Part shown: positions 1-9,836 of the stretch, piece after piece
Position numbering within the stretch: the first letter of the stretch is position 1
How the letters are laid out: the number at the start of each line of letters is the position of its first letter
IMG/VR virus record: IMGVR_UViG_3300044491_001212
Location: 1-60,921 of that record
Source: a virus
Taxonomy: Duplodnaviria > Caudoviricetes
Strand: one strand, 5' to 3'
Length of the DNA stretch: 60,921 nt
The notes under the pieces: generated by a model
What the model saw: the letters and a program-made list of their open reading frames with translations, nothing else
Database searches by the model: none
Told to the model about the DNA's origin: nothing
Translations under genes and position numbers: made by a program

Positions 1-1030
1 TGGTGTTCTTGATTGTACCAAACTTCATACTTACAAGTACAATGAAGATCTCTTTAGAAAGGTGAATATTATTCCTGATGGTAAGAATCATGGTCTAGTG
101 TTCATTCTTGATTGGTCTGGATCTATGTGTGATTCTCTCTTGGATACAATCAAACAACTCTATAACTTGGTTTGGTTCTGTAGTAAAGTGAATATCCCCT
201 TTGAGGTTTACGCATTTACCAATAGTTATAATCGTAGGCATGAAGTTGCTCAGCATCAAAATGAACCAGAGAAAGGTAAGTTTATAGTTACTGGAGACTT
301 TAACTTGATGAACCTTCTTACTAGTAAGGTGAATAAGAAAACACTTGACAACCAACTCCTCAATATCTGGAGAGTTGCTCGTCAGTTCCGTACTTACTCT
401 CAATACAATTGTCCAATTCAGGTATCACTTTCTGGAACTCCTTTGAATGAGAGTTTGGTTGCCTTACATACTATTCTCCCTAAGTTCAAAAGAGAGAACC
501 AACTTCAAAAGGTTCAGTGTGTAATCCTTACTGATGGAGAATCAGGTCAACTCAATCACTTTGATTACTACACTGATTACAAAGGTGTAGAAAGGATGGG
601 TGGTCGTCAGTGTAGAGGTGAAAGTGGTTACCTTCGTAATCGTAAGACTGGTCACACCTATAAGATTGGTTATCACTATTGGAACTTTACTGATGTTCTC
701 CTTGAGGATCTGAAACAATCATTTCCTGATACAAACTTCATTGGTATTCGACTTGTTTCTCCTCGTGATCTCTCTCACTTCATCAGAAGGTACGGTTTTG
801 TAAGTGAACAAGACCTTAAGAAAGCTCGTAAGGAGAAGAGTTATACTATTCAAGGATCTGGATACCACGCATACTTTGCAATGATTCAGAACGCTCTTTC
901 CTCAGACACAGAGTTTGAGGTTGAAGATGAAGCGAGTAAGAGTAAAATCAAATCAGCATTCATGAAGTCACTTAAAGCTAAGTCTCTAAATAAGAAGGTT
1001 CTTAGTCAGTTCATGGATCTGGTTTGTTAA
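1..1030 (+). CDS. VWA (von Willebrand A) domain protein, CobT-like partner of the AAA ATPase; 5' partial
   Basis: MIDAS motif ILDWSGSM, then SGTPL and ILTDG; frame is open from position 2 (GVLDCTKLHTYKYNEDLF), so the gene starts before the window. Confidence 0.8.
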   Translation, partial: GVLDCTKLHTYKYNEDLFRKVNIIPDGKNHGLVFILDWSGSMCDSLLDTIKQLYNLVWFCSKVNIPFEVYAFTNSYNRRHEVAQHQNEPEKGKFIVTGDFNLMNLLTSKVNKKTLDNQLLNIWRVARQFRTYSQYNCPIQVSLSGTPLNESLVALHTILPKFKRENQLQKVQCVILTDGESGQLNHFDYYTDYKGVERMGGRQCRGESGYLRNRKTGHTYKIGYHYWNFTDVLLEDLKQSFPDTNFIGIRLVSPRDLSHFIRRYGFVSEQDLKKARKEKSYTIQGSGYHAYFAMIQNALSSDTEFEVEDEASKSKIKSAFMKSLKAKSLNKKVLSQFMDLVC

Positions 1031-1077
1031 TGTTACTCACCCCCAAACTGCCCCATTACTGAAGAACTCTTATTATC

Positions 1078-2172
1078 ATGACCCTATCAACCGAATACAT
1101 TGTTTCATCTCTTCAAGCTCTTTATGGAGACACTGTAAAAACAGGTGACATTCGAGCCTGGTGTGCAATGAATGGTTGTTCCTATCCAACCGTAACTAAA
1201 AAGATCTCTGACTATAAGTCAGGTCGTGGTAAGTGGGAACTGACTGTTCAGGATATCAAAGAAGAACTAGAAGAAACATATACAGCACCAGCAGTAGAAA
1301 ACCACATCGAACAAGATCTCGTCCCATCAAAAGATGATAACTTCGTCAGCTTTGGTAACTTTAACGATATTAAAAAGATTATCAAATCCAATCTGTTCTA
1401 CCCTACATTCATTACGGGTCTTTCAGGTAATGGCAAAACGTTGGGTGTCGAACAAGCTTGTGCGGCACTTAAGAGAGAACTGATCCGTGTCAACATTACT
1501 ATCGAGACTGACGAAGACGATCTTATTGGTGGCTTTCGTCTTATTAATGGTGAAACTGTTTGGCATAACGGTCCAGTCATCGAAGCTCTTCAACGTGGAG
1601 CAGTATTACTTCTAGATGAAGTAGATCTGGCATCCAATAAGATCCTGTGTCTTCAATCAATCCTTGAAGGTAAGGGTGTATTCCTCAAGAAGATTGGTAA
1701 GTTTATTCAACCTAAAGATGGATTCACTATCATCGCAACAGCAAACACTAAGGGTAAGGGTTCTGAGGATGGTAGGTTCATTGGCACCAATGTTCTCAAT
1801 GAAGCCTTCCTTGAGAGGTTCTGTGTAACCTTTGAACAGGATTATCCTACTCCCACAGTAGAAACTAAGATCCTCGGTCATCTGTGTGATGATAAGAAGT
1901 TCTGTAAGCACTTGGCTGATTGGGCTGATATCATTCGCAAGACCTTCAATGAAGGTGGTATTGATGAAGTTATTAGCACCCGTCGTTTGGTTCACATCAT
2001 CAAAGCATATTCAATCTTTGATGATAAGACCAAGGCCATTGGAGTTTGTCTCAATCGTTTTGATGATGAAACTAAACAATCCTTCATCGAACTTTATGAT
2101 AAGGTTGATGTAGAATTCCAACTAGAAGAAGCCGAAGACAAAATGTATGTTGAAGAATCCCCCAATTTCTGA
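1078..2172 (+). CDS. cobS: CobS-like/MoxR-type AAA+ ATPase
   Basis: Walker A GLSGNGKT, Walker B LLLDE, TANTKG and LNEAFLERF motifs; typical cyanomyovirus core gene. Confidence 0.85.
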   Translation: MTLSTEYIVSSLQALYGDTVKTGDIRAWCAMNGCSYPTVTKKISDYKSGRGKWELTVQDIKEELEETYTAPAVENHIEQDLVPSKDDNFVSFGNFNDIKKIIKSNLFYPTFITGLSGNGKTLGVEQACAALKRELIRVNITIETDEDDLIGGFRLINGETVWHNGPVIEALQRGAVLLLDEVDLASNKILCLQSILEGKGVFLKKIGKFIQPKDGFTIIATANTKGKGSEDGRFIGTNVLNEAFLERFCVTFEQDYPTPTVETKILGHLCDDKKFCKHLADWADIIRKTFNEGGIDEVISTRRLVHIIKAYSIFDDKTKAIGVCLNRFDDETKQSFIELYDKVDVEFQLEEAEDKMYVEESPNF

Positions 2173-2183
2173 TATACTAAATT

Positions 2184-2741
2184 ATGAACGCATGGTCACT
2201 ACTTTATGAGGAACTTGAAATGAGTAACATTACGTTTGGGAATACCCAAGATTTCTGGGAGGAAGACGGAATCAGTTTGACAGGTAATCCATATATCACT
2301 GGATCACCTTCAGATGATACTATTATCTTCTCATCAACCAGTTATGGTGCAGCAGAACCAGTAGTTATTGGTAGTGGTATCCTAGGAGGAATGGGGGAGG
2401 ATCACATCAGTTTTGATGGTTCAGTCAGTATTCCTGATTTCCCAACAACAAAACCCCGATGGAAGTATGATGAGGAACAGATCCTCAAAGAGTTGTCCGA
2501 TTATATTTCTGGTACATATAACCAACATTATTCTGCTGGTACTGATAAGGTACAGACACTTGATCTCATTGAAGCCTGTGGTGACGGTGAATCATTCTGT
2601 CGATCCAACATCCTAAAGTACGCCTCTCGATATGATAAGAAAGGCACAGCACGACGTGATATCATGAAGATCCTGCACTACGCAGTTCTTCTTCTTCACT
2701 TCAACGACAAAAACGCACAACGAGAAACCTATCCTCAATGA
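2184..2741 (+). CDS. DUF3310-like protein with low-complexity N-terminus
   Basis: C-terminal HYS...DLIEACGDGESFCRSNILKYASRYDKKG...DIMKILHYA pattern. Confidence 0.6.
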   Translation: MNAWSLLYEELEMSNITFGNTQDFWEEDGISLTGNPYITGSPSDDTIIFSSTSYGAAEPVVIGSGILGGMGEDHISFDGSVSIPDFPTTKPRWKYDEEQILKELSDYISGTYNQHYSAGTDKVQTLDLIEACGDGESFCRSNILKYASRYDKKGTARRDIMKILHYAVLLLHFNDKNAQRETYPQ

Positions 2742-3409
2742 CAATGAAACTTTCTGAATCAACCGTTAATCTTCTCAAGAACTTTAGTTCTATCAATCAA
2801 TCTATCCTCTTCAAGGAAGGAACTAAACTTCGCACTATTTCAGTGATGAAGAACATCCTGGTTGAAGCAAATGTGGCTGAGGAGTTCCCACGGGACTTTG
2901 GTATCTACGATCTCAATCAGTTCCTTAACGGTCTCTCCCTTCACGCTAACGCTGAACTGAACTTTGATAATCAAGAGTATGTTCTGATCAAAGAAGGTCG
3001 TATGAGGAGTAAGTACTTCTTCGCTGATCCTTCTGTGATTGTTGCACCTCCTGAGAAAGAGATCACTCTTCCCTCTGAAGATGTATCCTTTGAACTGACA
3101 TCTCAACAACTGGAGAAACTGAAGAAAGCATCTTCTGTGTATCAACTCCCTGATGTATCTGTGATTGGTGAGGCTGGTGTAATCAAACTGGTTGCACGAG
3201 ATAAGAAGAATGATACATCAAACAACTTTGAGATTGTTGTTGGTGAGACTGAAGATGAGTTCGTATTCAACTTCAAAGAAGAGAACCTGAAGATTGTTCC
3301 TGGTAACTATGATGTTACAGTATCTTCCAAACTCCTCTCCAAGTTCACCAATCAGAACATCGATGTAGTATACTACATTGCATTGGAACCTGATTCTACC
3401 TTTGGCTGA
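2738..3409 (+). CDS. gp45: DNA polymerase sliding clamp (T4 gp45)
   Basis: MKLSESTVNLLKNFSSINQSI...FGIYDLNQFL...YYIALE; synteny with gp44/gp62. Confidence 0.95.
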   Translation: MTMKLSESTVNLLKNFSSINQSILFKEGTKLRTISVMKNILVEANVAEEFPRDFGIYDLNQFLNGLSLHANAELNFDNQEYVLIKEGRMRSKYFFADPSVIVAPPEKEITLPSEDVSFELTSQQLEKLKKASSVYQLPDVSVIGEAGVIKLVARDKKNDTSNNFEIVVGETEDEFVFNFKEENLKIVPGNYDVTVSSKLLSKFTNQNIDVVYYIALEPDSTFG

Positions 3410-3936
3410 TGAACATCTTCGTTACAAGTTCGTGCCCTATCAAGTCTGCTCAAGTTCTTCCTGACAAACACATTGTCAAGATGCCACTTGAGACCTGTCA
3501 GATGCTTGCTATTGTATGCTCTGACAAATGGGGTCATGGGTTTGGTACCCTTCCTAAAGCTGATGGTACACCATACGCAACTGAGAAGGGTGCCTTCCGT
3601 AATCACCCTTGTACGATTTGGGCTAATGAGTTTGTGATGAATTGGCAATGGCTCCTCCACCACGGTATCGCTCTGTGTGAGGAGTATAAGAACCGATATG
3701 GTAAGGTTCACACTTGTCACCATACTCTAATGGGTGCAAAGGAAATCCTCCCTACAGGAGATCCTACAGGACGGTCTGGTAAAGATACCACACCGTTCGT
3801 TAGAGCTATGCCTGATGAGTTCAAACTAGATACTAGTATCTCAACCTTTGATGCATACAAGATGTACATAGGTTCTAAACCGTGGGTATCTGACAACTAC
3901 CTTCGTATTCCTGAACGTAAACCTGAATGGGTATGA
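3409..3936 (+). CDS. pyrimidine-dimer DNA glycosylase-like protein
   Basis: MNIF...DKHIVKMPLETCQML and NHPCTIW...EYKNRYGKVH motifs of the DenV-related family. Confidence 0.6.
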   Translation: MNIFVTSSCPIKSAQVLPDKHIVKMPLETCQMLAIVCSDKWGHGFGTLPKADGTPYATEKGAFRNHPCTIWANEFVMNWQWLLHHGIALCEEYKNRYGKVHTCHHTLMGAKEILPTGDPTGRSGKDTTPFVRAMPDEFKLDTSISTFDAYKMYIGSKPWVSDNYLRIPERKPEWV

Positions 3937-4625
3937 ATGAAATCTTAAAAGGAAAAGTAAAAACACTTTTCGAAACAGACAATCCTGAAGAAGTATTGAT
4001 TCGTTATGAGGATTGTGTGACTGCTGGAAATGGACAGATGATTGATTACCCAAAAGGAAAGGGTGCGATCTGTTGTTTGATGACAGCAATGTTGTTTGAG
4101 TATCTAGAGAGTAACTCAATCAGAACACACTTTATCGATTGTCCTTCATTGGATACTATGAAGTGTAGAAAACTAAACATTGTTCCTGTGGAAGTTATCT
4201 GTAGGAACATCGCAGCTGGTTCTATTGTGAGAACTACAAACCTCACTGAGGGTATAATGATTCAACCTCCTATTGTTGAGTTCTTCCTCAAAGATGACAG
4301 TAAGAATGATCCTCTACTCACACCAGATCGTGTGAGGTTGATGGGTATCAATACAGAACCATTGATTGAAAAGGCTCGTAATGTCAACGATTTGTTACAA
4401 CCACTCTTCTTATTGTGTGGTATTGATCTAGTTGATTTTAAACTGGAGTTTGGGTATGACGCCCATGGTGACCTTTTTGTGGCTGATGAACTCTCACCAG
4501 ACAACATGAGGTTATGGAGTAAAGACAAAACAGAACGGTTCGATAAGGACTTGTTCCGTAAGGGAGAAGGTGATATAGTAGAAGCCTACAAGATTATTTT
4601 GACAAAACTGAGGCAGTTTGTATGA
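3933..4625 (+). CDS. purC: SAICAR synthetase
   Basis: GKVK, IVPVEVICRNIAAGS, EFFLKDD..NDP, LVDFKLEFG, ADELSPDNMRLW, DKDLFR. Confidence 0.93.
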   Translation: MNEILKGKVKTLFETDNPEEVLIRYEDCVTAGNGQMIDYPKGKGAICCLMTAMLFEYLESNSIRTHFIDCPSLDTMKCRKLNIVPVEVICRNIAAGSIVRTTNLTEGIMIQPPIVEFFLKDDSKNDPLLTPDRVRLMGINTEPLIEKARNVNDLLQPLFLLCGIDLVDFKLEFGYDAHGDLFVADELSPDNMRLWSKDKTERFDKDLFRKGEGDIVEAYKIILTKLRQFV

Positions 4626-5569
4626 GTCGTAATGAATTCGTTTTTGTGGAGAAGTATCGTCCACAGACGATTGATGAATGTATCCTTCCTGATAACATCA
4701 AGAAGACCTTTATTGATTTCCTAGATAAAGGTGAGGTTCCAAACCTTCTGTTGTCTGGACCACCTGGATGTGGTAAAACCACTGTAGCTAAAGCACTTTG
4801 TAACCAATTAGGAGTAGATGTTTATGTCATCAATGGATCCGATGAGGGACGATTCTTGGATACTGTCAGAAACAATGCGAAGAATTTCGCTTCGACCGTC
4901 TCGCTTTCGTCAACTGCTAAACACAAAGTCATCATCATTGACGAGGCAGATAACACAACCCCAGATGTACAACTCGCCTTACGGGCATTTACTGAGGAGT
5001 TTATTGGCAACTGCCGATTCATCTTCACTTGCAACTACAAGAACAAAATCGTTGCTCCCCTCCACTCCAGATGTGCAGTCATCGACTTTGCCATTAAAGG
5101 AAAAGAACGACAAGAACTCGCAGGAAAGTTCTTCAAAAGACTCCAACAAATCTTGGATCAGGAGTCTATTGGATATGACGCAAAAGTCCTTGCAGAACTT
5201 ATCAACAAACATTTCCCAGACTGGAGAAGAGTACTCAACGAAGTTCAAAGGTATTCGGTCGGGGGCAAAATCGACTCAGGAATCCTCGCAAGTTTTTCGG
5301 ATGTAAAGACTAATGATCTCTTTAAAAGACTTAAGTCCAAAGACTTCCCGGCAGTTAGGAAGTGGGTTGTTGATAATCTTGATAACGATCCCACTGTATT
5401 GTTACGTTCTATTTACGATGCAATCTACTCCCATCTTGATGGTCCTGGCATCGCTGCCGCTGTACTTATTATTGCGAAGTATCAGTACCAGAGTGGTTTC
5501 GTTGCTGACCAAGAAATAAATATGTTAGCTTGTTTAACTGAAATTATGGTGGAGGCTGAATTCAAATGA
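4622..5569 (+). CDS. gp44: clamp loader large subunit (T4 gp44)
   Basis: VEKYRPQTIDECILP, GPPGCGKTT, IIDEAD, PLHSRC. Confidence 0.95.
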   Translation: MSRNEFVFVEKYRPQTIDECILPDNIKKTFIDFLDKGEVPNLLLSGPPGCGKTTVAKALCNQLGVDVYVINGSDEGRFLDTVRNNAKNFASTVSLSSTAKHKVIIIDEADNTTPDVQLALRAFTEEFIGNCRFIFTCNYKNKIVAPLHSRCAVIDFAIKGKERQELAGKFFKRLQQILDQESIGYDAKVLAELINKHFPDWRRVLNEVQRYSVGGKIDSGILASFSDVKTNDLFKRLKSKDFPAVRKWVVDNLDNDPTVLLRSIYDAIYSHLDGPGIAAAVLIIAKYQYQSGFVADQEINMLACLTEIMVEAEFK

Positions 5570-5820
5570 AGAAACTATTACTAGCTTTGGGTGGAGTTCT
5601 CCTACTCTCCTCACCTGCACTAGCCCATAGGAATGGGTATTCACATCATGGACACCATAGTGGTAGTCATAGGCACTGTCATAACCACTATAATAGAGGA
5701 TATAGTCACTGTCATAGACATTCCCATAGACCTGGAAATGGTCATCATGGAACTCAGTATATGCACGGTACTGTCCATCATGGTCATCATGATCCTGGTT
5801 TTCAAATTATTATTCGTTGA
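5566..5820 (+). CDS. secreted His-rich small protein
   Basis: Signal peptide MKKLLLALGGVLLLSSPALA followed by a His/Gly-rich mature region; ATGA-coupled to gp44. Confidence 0.7.
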   Translation: MKKLLLALGGVLLLSSPALAHRNGYSHHGHHSGSHRHCHNHYNRGYSHCHRHSHRPGNGHHGTQYMHGTVHHGHHDPGFQIIIR

Positions 5821-5822
5821 TT

Positions 5823-6206
5823 ATGGAACTCAAAGATTGGTTGAATTCTCTTAACTTTACTAAAGAGAATCTTTTAGATGATGAACCCCATCTTGCAAAG
5901 GAGTTCCCTCCCTATATCATTAATCGTTGTATGTCTGGGCATATGGATACAATCATGTATGCCCAAGAGATGAATAAGTATCACTTCCTCGATAAAGATT
6001 TGCAATATAATTTTTATCTAAATACTCTGAGAAAGAGGAAGAGATTCTCTCCTTGGATTCGGAAGGATAAAGTATCAGATCTTGATTATGTAAAACGTTA
6101 CTATGGTTATAGTAATGAGAAAGCATCTCAGGTTATGAAGATTTTGACTCCTGAACAAATTACATACATTAAACAACGACTTGAAACTGGTGGGAGTAAA
6201 AAATGA
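5823..6206 (+). CDS. gp62: clamp loader small subunit (T4 gp62)
   Basis: LKDWLNSLN...PPYIINRCMS...EMN...RKRKRFSPW...YYGYSNEKA. Confidence 0.93.
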   Translation: MELKDWLNSLNFTKENLLDDEPHLAKEFPPYIINRCMSGHMDTIMYAQEMNKYHFLDKDLQYNFYLNTLRKRKRFSPWIRKDKVSDLDYVKRYYGYSNEKASQVMKILTPEQITYIKQRLETGGSKK

Positions 6207-6649
6207 GTCAAACTACTGAGCCTCAGGTTCAATGGTCTCAGGATAAGATGATTGAGGTCAGATTGAATGAACCTGATGATTTCCTGAAAGTCCGTGAAAC
6301 CCTGACTAGAATTGGTGTAGCTTCTCGTAAAGAGAAGAAACTATATCAGTCTTGCCATATCCTTCATAAGCAGGGTAAGTATTATATCGTTCACTTCAAA
6401 GAACTATTTGCTCTTGATGGTAAGTATGCAAACCTTACTATCAATGATGTACAACGTAGAAATCGTATCACCAAACTCCTATCTGATTGGGGGTTGATTG
6501 ATGTGTGTATAGAGGATGAGATCATTGATATTGCACCACTGAACCAGATTAAGGTTCTCCCATATAAGGAAAAAGGTGAGTGGGCATTGGAACAGAAGTA
6601 CAATATTGGATCGAAAAAGAATCAGAGTAGTGAAACTCCTTCTCAATAA
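6203..6649 (+). CDS. regA: translational repressor RegA
   Basis: PDDFLKVRETLTRIGVAS...LYQSCHILHKQGKYYIVHFKELF. Confidence 0.97.
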   Translation: MSQTTEPQVQWSQDKMIEVRLNEPDDFLKVRETLTRIGVASRKEKKLYQSCHILHKQGKYYIVHFKELFALDGKYANLTINDVQRRNRITKLLSDWGLIDVCIEDEIIDIAPLNQIKVLPYKEKGEWALEQKYNIGSKKNQSSETPSQ

Positions 6650-6650
6650 T

Positions 6651-7147
6651 ATGGAATTTGATGATGATTTTTGAATGATGATGAGTTCTTTGAGATACAA
6701 AATATTGTTTTCAAAGAAATACCATGGTTCTGGTGTAGTGTTTTTCGAGATGAAGACTTTAATCCAAAGGTAGATTTGAAAAGTAATTTTCAGTTCTACC
6801 ACTGTCTCTATTACAACAACACACCACAAAGTACTTTCTATGATAAGTTTTATCCAATCATCAAAAGGTTGAATATCAGAAGTCTTATTAGGATGAATTT
6901 GAATCCTATGACTGAAGAGATTGTAGAACATGGAATGCATGTTGACTATCCTTATCAGGACAGTAAGACATCTATATTCTATCTAAACACTAATAACGGA
7001 TACACTCGTCTTTTGGATGGTGATGATGAAGTAATCGTGTATTCTGTTGAAAATAGAATTGTTAGTTTTGATTCTCAAACTCGTCATACTGGAACTACAT
7101 GTACAGATGAATCTAGAAGGATTGTTTTGAATATCAATTATTTCTAG
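6651..7147 (+). CDS. 2OG-Fe(II) oxygenase; apparent 1-nt frameshift near the 5' end (in-frame TTG at 6671)
   Basis: HVD...SIFYLNTNNGYT...ENRIVSFD...HTG...RIVLNINYF; ATG at 6651 is out of frame with the body. Confidence 0.8.
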
Positions 7148-7172
7148 TGGGTGAAAACCCTAATAAAAGGTA

Positions 7173-7195
7173 GGGAGTTCCGACTCCCCTTTTTT
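7173..7195 (+). terminator. intrinsic terminator
   Basis: GGGAGT-TCCG-ACTCCC hairpin followed by a T tract. Confidence 0.75.
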
Positions 7196-7273
7196 ATGCC
7201 TTCTGATATATACTTTATGAGTGGAGGCCGAAAGGGTCCACACATTTCAAACTCGCTTAATAAGGAGCAACAC

Positions 7274-7714
7274 ATGACACTCGCTAAGTATAACTCAGCA
7301 AACATCAATCAACTGATGGAGCGTTTGCAGCGAAATACCATCGGAATGGATAATTATTTTGATAACATCTTTAGCTACGAAGCACAAAACTATCCCCCAT
7401 ACAACCTCGTTCAAATCTCTGAGGACGAGTCCCGTCTAGAACTGGCCCTGGCAGGTTTTGGTCAGGATGAGGTAAAGGTCTATACCGAGAAGGGTAACCT
7501 GGTTGTAGAGGGTTCTAAGGAGAAGGTGGATGGTCGTGAGTACCTCCATCGTGGTCTGGCAACACGTTCCTTCACCCGTAACTGGTCCATCTCTGAAGAC
7601 ACCGAGGTTACTGATGTGACCTTTGAGAATGGACTTCTGGTAGTAACACTTACACGTATCGTCCCTGAGTCAAGGAAGAGGCGTTTCTTCCTCGGAGGTG
7701 GTGACACTAAATAA
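7274..7714 (+). CDS. hsp20: small heat shock protein Hsp20
   Basis: YPPYNL...LELALAGF...YLHRGLATRSF...VTFENGLLVV; SD AAGGAG at 7262-7267. Confidence 0.95.
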   Translation: MTLAKYNSANINQLMERLQRNTIGMDNYFDNIFSYEAQNYPPYNLVQISEDESRLELALAGFGQDEVKVYTEKGNLVVEGSKEKVDGREYLHRGLATRSFTRNWSISEDTEVTDVTFENGLLVVTLTRIVPESRKRRFFLGGGDTK

Positions 7715-7744
7715 TAGTAGGCTACCCCTCAAATAAGTCGTCGC

Positions 7745-7787
7745 GAGAGGCACCTGGTCAGTATCAGGTTAACCTCTCCCTTTTTTT
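7745..7787 (+). terminator. hairpin plus T tract after hsp20; overlaps a possible sigma70-type promoter (TATAAT at 7792)
   Basis: GAGAGG..ACCTG/CAGGT..CCTCTC stem, then TTTTTTT. Confidence 0.55.
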
Positions 7788-7817
7788 GCATTATAATAAT
7801 AGGAGATATTATCTAAA

Positions 7818-8180
7818 ATGACTGTAAAAGTAGTACTACTCAAATCAGGTGAAGATATCATTGCTGATGTTGAGGAAATGATTGTAGGTGAACCAGCAAA
7901 GGTGGTTGGATACTTCTTCAACTACCCTTGTTCGGTAAAACTCCTAGGTAATGAACCTGTAAAGGATAGAAATAGTTCTCCCTTCAGGCTTCGTATCACA
8001 CCATGGGCACCACTTTCTAAGGATCAAAAGATTCCTGTGGTGGCAGATTGGGTTGTCAGTATTATGGAACCCATCGATGATCTTCTAGATATGTACACAA
8101 CAAGTATTCAAGACTATGAGCAAAGAAAATCTAAAACTATTAGTTCTACCGACGAATCAAATTCTACTGACTCAGATTGA
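7818..8180 (+). CDS. conserved T4-like hypothetical protein (possible Sm-like fold)
   Basis: VKVVLLKSGEDIIADV...PWAPLS pattern; SD AGGAG. Confidence 0.7.
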   Translation: MTVKVVLLKSGEDIIADVEEMIVGEPAKVVGYFFNYPCSVKLLGNEPVKDRNSSPFRLRITPWAPLSKDQKIPVVADWVVSIMEPIDDLLDMYTTSIQDYEQRKSKTISSTDESNSTDSD

Positions 8181-8379
8181 AGAGGCGGGTGGTGATATTG
8201 GTGAACCTGATTGTAGGTTGATTGAACCCTTTGTGGTGAACAATGATGGGACACTCTCTCCATGGTTAGTTTCTCTTACCAATCAGAACTCATTCATGAT
8301 TCATTCTGATAAGATCTTGACCATTGTTGAACCCAATGGTACACTAGTAGATAAGTACAGTGATCTGGTGAAGGAATGA
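8116..8379 (+). CDS. conserved hypothetical protein
   Basis: DIGEPDCRLIEP...LSPW...IHSDKILTIVEP; usual gene upstream of gp43. Confidence 0.7.
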   Translation: MSKENLKLLVLPTNQILLTQIEEAGGDIGEPDCRLIEPFVVNNDGTLSPWLVSLTNQNSFMIHSDKILTIVEPNGTLVDKYSDLVKE

Positions 8380-9836
8380 ATTTTTATACCAATGTGATGA
8401 TGGTTGGAAATGATTTCCTCGTTCGTGGTTATGAAAATGGTAAAAGAGTTCAATACAGAGAGAAGTTCCAACCTACCTTGTTTGTTAAATCAAACAGGGA
8501 GAGTGAGTGGAAGACATTAGAAGGTGAGAATGTAGAACCAATTCAACCTGGTTCCGTTCGTGATTGCCGTGAGTTCTTTAAGAAGTATGATGGTGTAGAT
8601 GGTTTTAAGATCTACGGAAATGATCGATACATCTATCAATATATCTCAGAGAAGTTCCCACAGAATGAGATCAAGTGGGACATATCCAAGATCAAACTTG
8701 CGACTATTGATATTGAGGTGAAATCAGAAGATGGATTCCCCTCACCAGATTCATGTTCAGAAGAGATGTTGACCATCTCCATTCAGGATTACAATACCAA
8801 AGAGATTCTTACTTGGGGTCGTAAACCTTATACTCCATCACAGAAGAACGTCACATACTTCCACTACGAAGAAGAAGTGGATATGTTGAGGTCGTTCATT
8901 GATTGGTGGAACCGAGATCCCCCCGAGGTTATCACTGGTTGGAACTGTAGATTTTATGATATCCCATACCTATGTGGACGTATCGATAGGATCATGGGTG
9001 AGAAGGAGATGAAGAGATTATCTCCATGGAATATGATAAAACATGATGAGATGGTTATCATGGGTAGAACTCATAATGTTTATGAGATTGCAGGTGTAAC
9101 CACACTTGACTTTATGGAACTCTATAAGAAGTTCACCTATGTGAACCGAGAGTCATATCGACTGGACTTCATTGCAGAGACAGAACTCGGACAGAAGAAG
9201 TTGGATCACTCAGAGTTCAATACCTTCAAAGAGTTCTATGATGGAGACTGGAAGAAGTTTGTAGACTATAACATCGTTGACGTGGAACTGGTTGATAGGA
9301 TGGAGGATAAACTCCGTCTCATTGAACTTGTTATCACTATGGCATTTGATGCTAAAGTGAACTTTATTGATCCTATGTTCCAAGTTAGGTTGTGGGATAC
9401 AATCATCTATAACTATCTAAAGAAGAGGAATATTGTTGTTCCTCAGATGGATAGAACAGATAAAGATTCAAAGTTTGCAGGTGCGTATGTCAAGGAACCG
9501 ATTCCAGGAGTCTATGATTGGGTTGTTAACTTTGACCTCAACTCTCTGTATCCTCATCTTATTATGCAGTACAATATCAGCCCAGAAACGCTCTTGGATG
9601 AGAAACACCCAACATCAACAGTTGATCGAATCCTCAATGAGGAGGTAAACTTTGAGATGTATAAGGATTATGCTGTGTGTGCCAATGGTGCAATGTATCG
9701 TAAAGATGTGAAAGGTTTCCTCCCAGAACTTATGGAGAAGATGTACGCTGAACGAAAGGCATTCAAGGGTAAGATGTTGAAGAGCAAACAGAAACTCGTT
9801 GATATTGAAGCTGAGATGAAACGGAGGGGATTGTGA
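8376..9836 (+). CDS. gp43: family B DNA polymerase, N-terminal part (gp43A: exonuclease, palm motif A, first fingers helix)
   Basis: ExoI DIEV, ExoII GWNCRFYDIPY, ExoIII YNIVDV, motif A FDLNSLYPHLI; stops after ERKAFKGKML...KRRGL. Confidence 0.95.
   Translation: MNFYTNVMMVGNDFLVRGYENGKRVQYREKFQPTLFVKSNRESEWKTLEGENVEPIQPGSVRDCREFFKKYDGVDGFKIYGNDRYIYQYISEKFPQNEIKWDISKIKLATIDIEVKSEDGFPSPDSCSEEMLTISIQDYNTKEILTWGRKPYTPSQKNVTYFHYEEEVDMLRSFIDWWNRDPPEVITGWNCRFYDIPYLCGRIDRIMGEKEMKRLSPWNMIKHDEMVIMGRTHNVYEIAGVTTLDFMELYKKFTYVNRESYRLDFIAETELGQKKLDHSEFNTFKEFYDGDWKKFVDYNIVDVELVDRMEDKLRLIELVITMAFDAKVNFIDPMFQVRLWDTIIYNYLKKRNIVVPQMDRTDKDSKFAGAYVKEPIPGVYDWVVNFDLNSLYPHLIMQYNISPETLLDEKHPTSTVDRILNEEVNFEMYKDYAVCANGAMYRKDVKGFLPELMEKMYAERKAFKGKMLKSKQKLVDIEAEMKRRGL

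Noticed and set aside
7151-7273. GTG-started N-terminal extension of Hsp20 in the ORF track
   Set aside because: It runs through a terminator hairpin, and a strong SD precedes ATG 7274.
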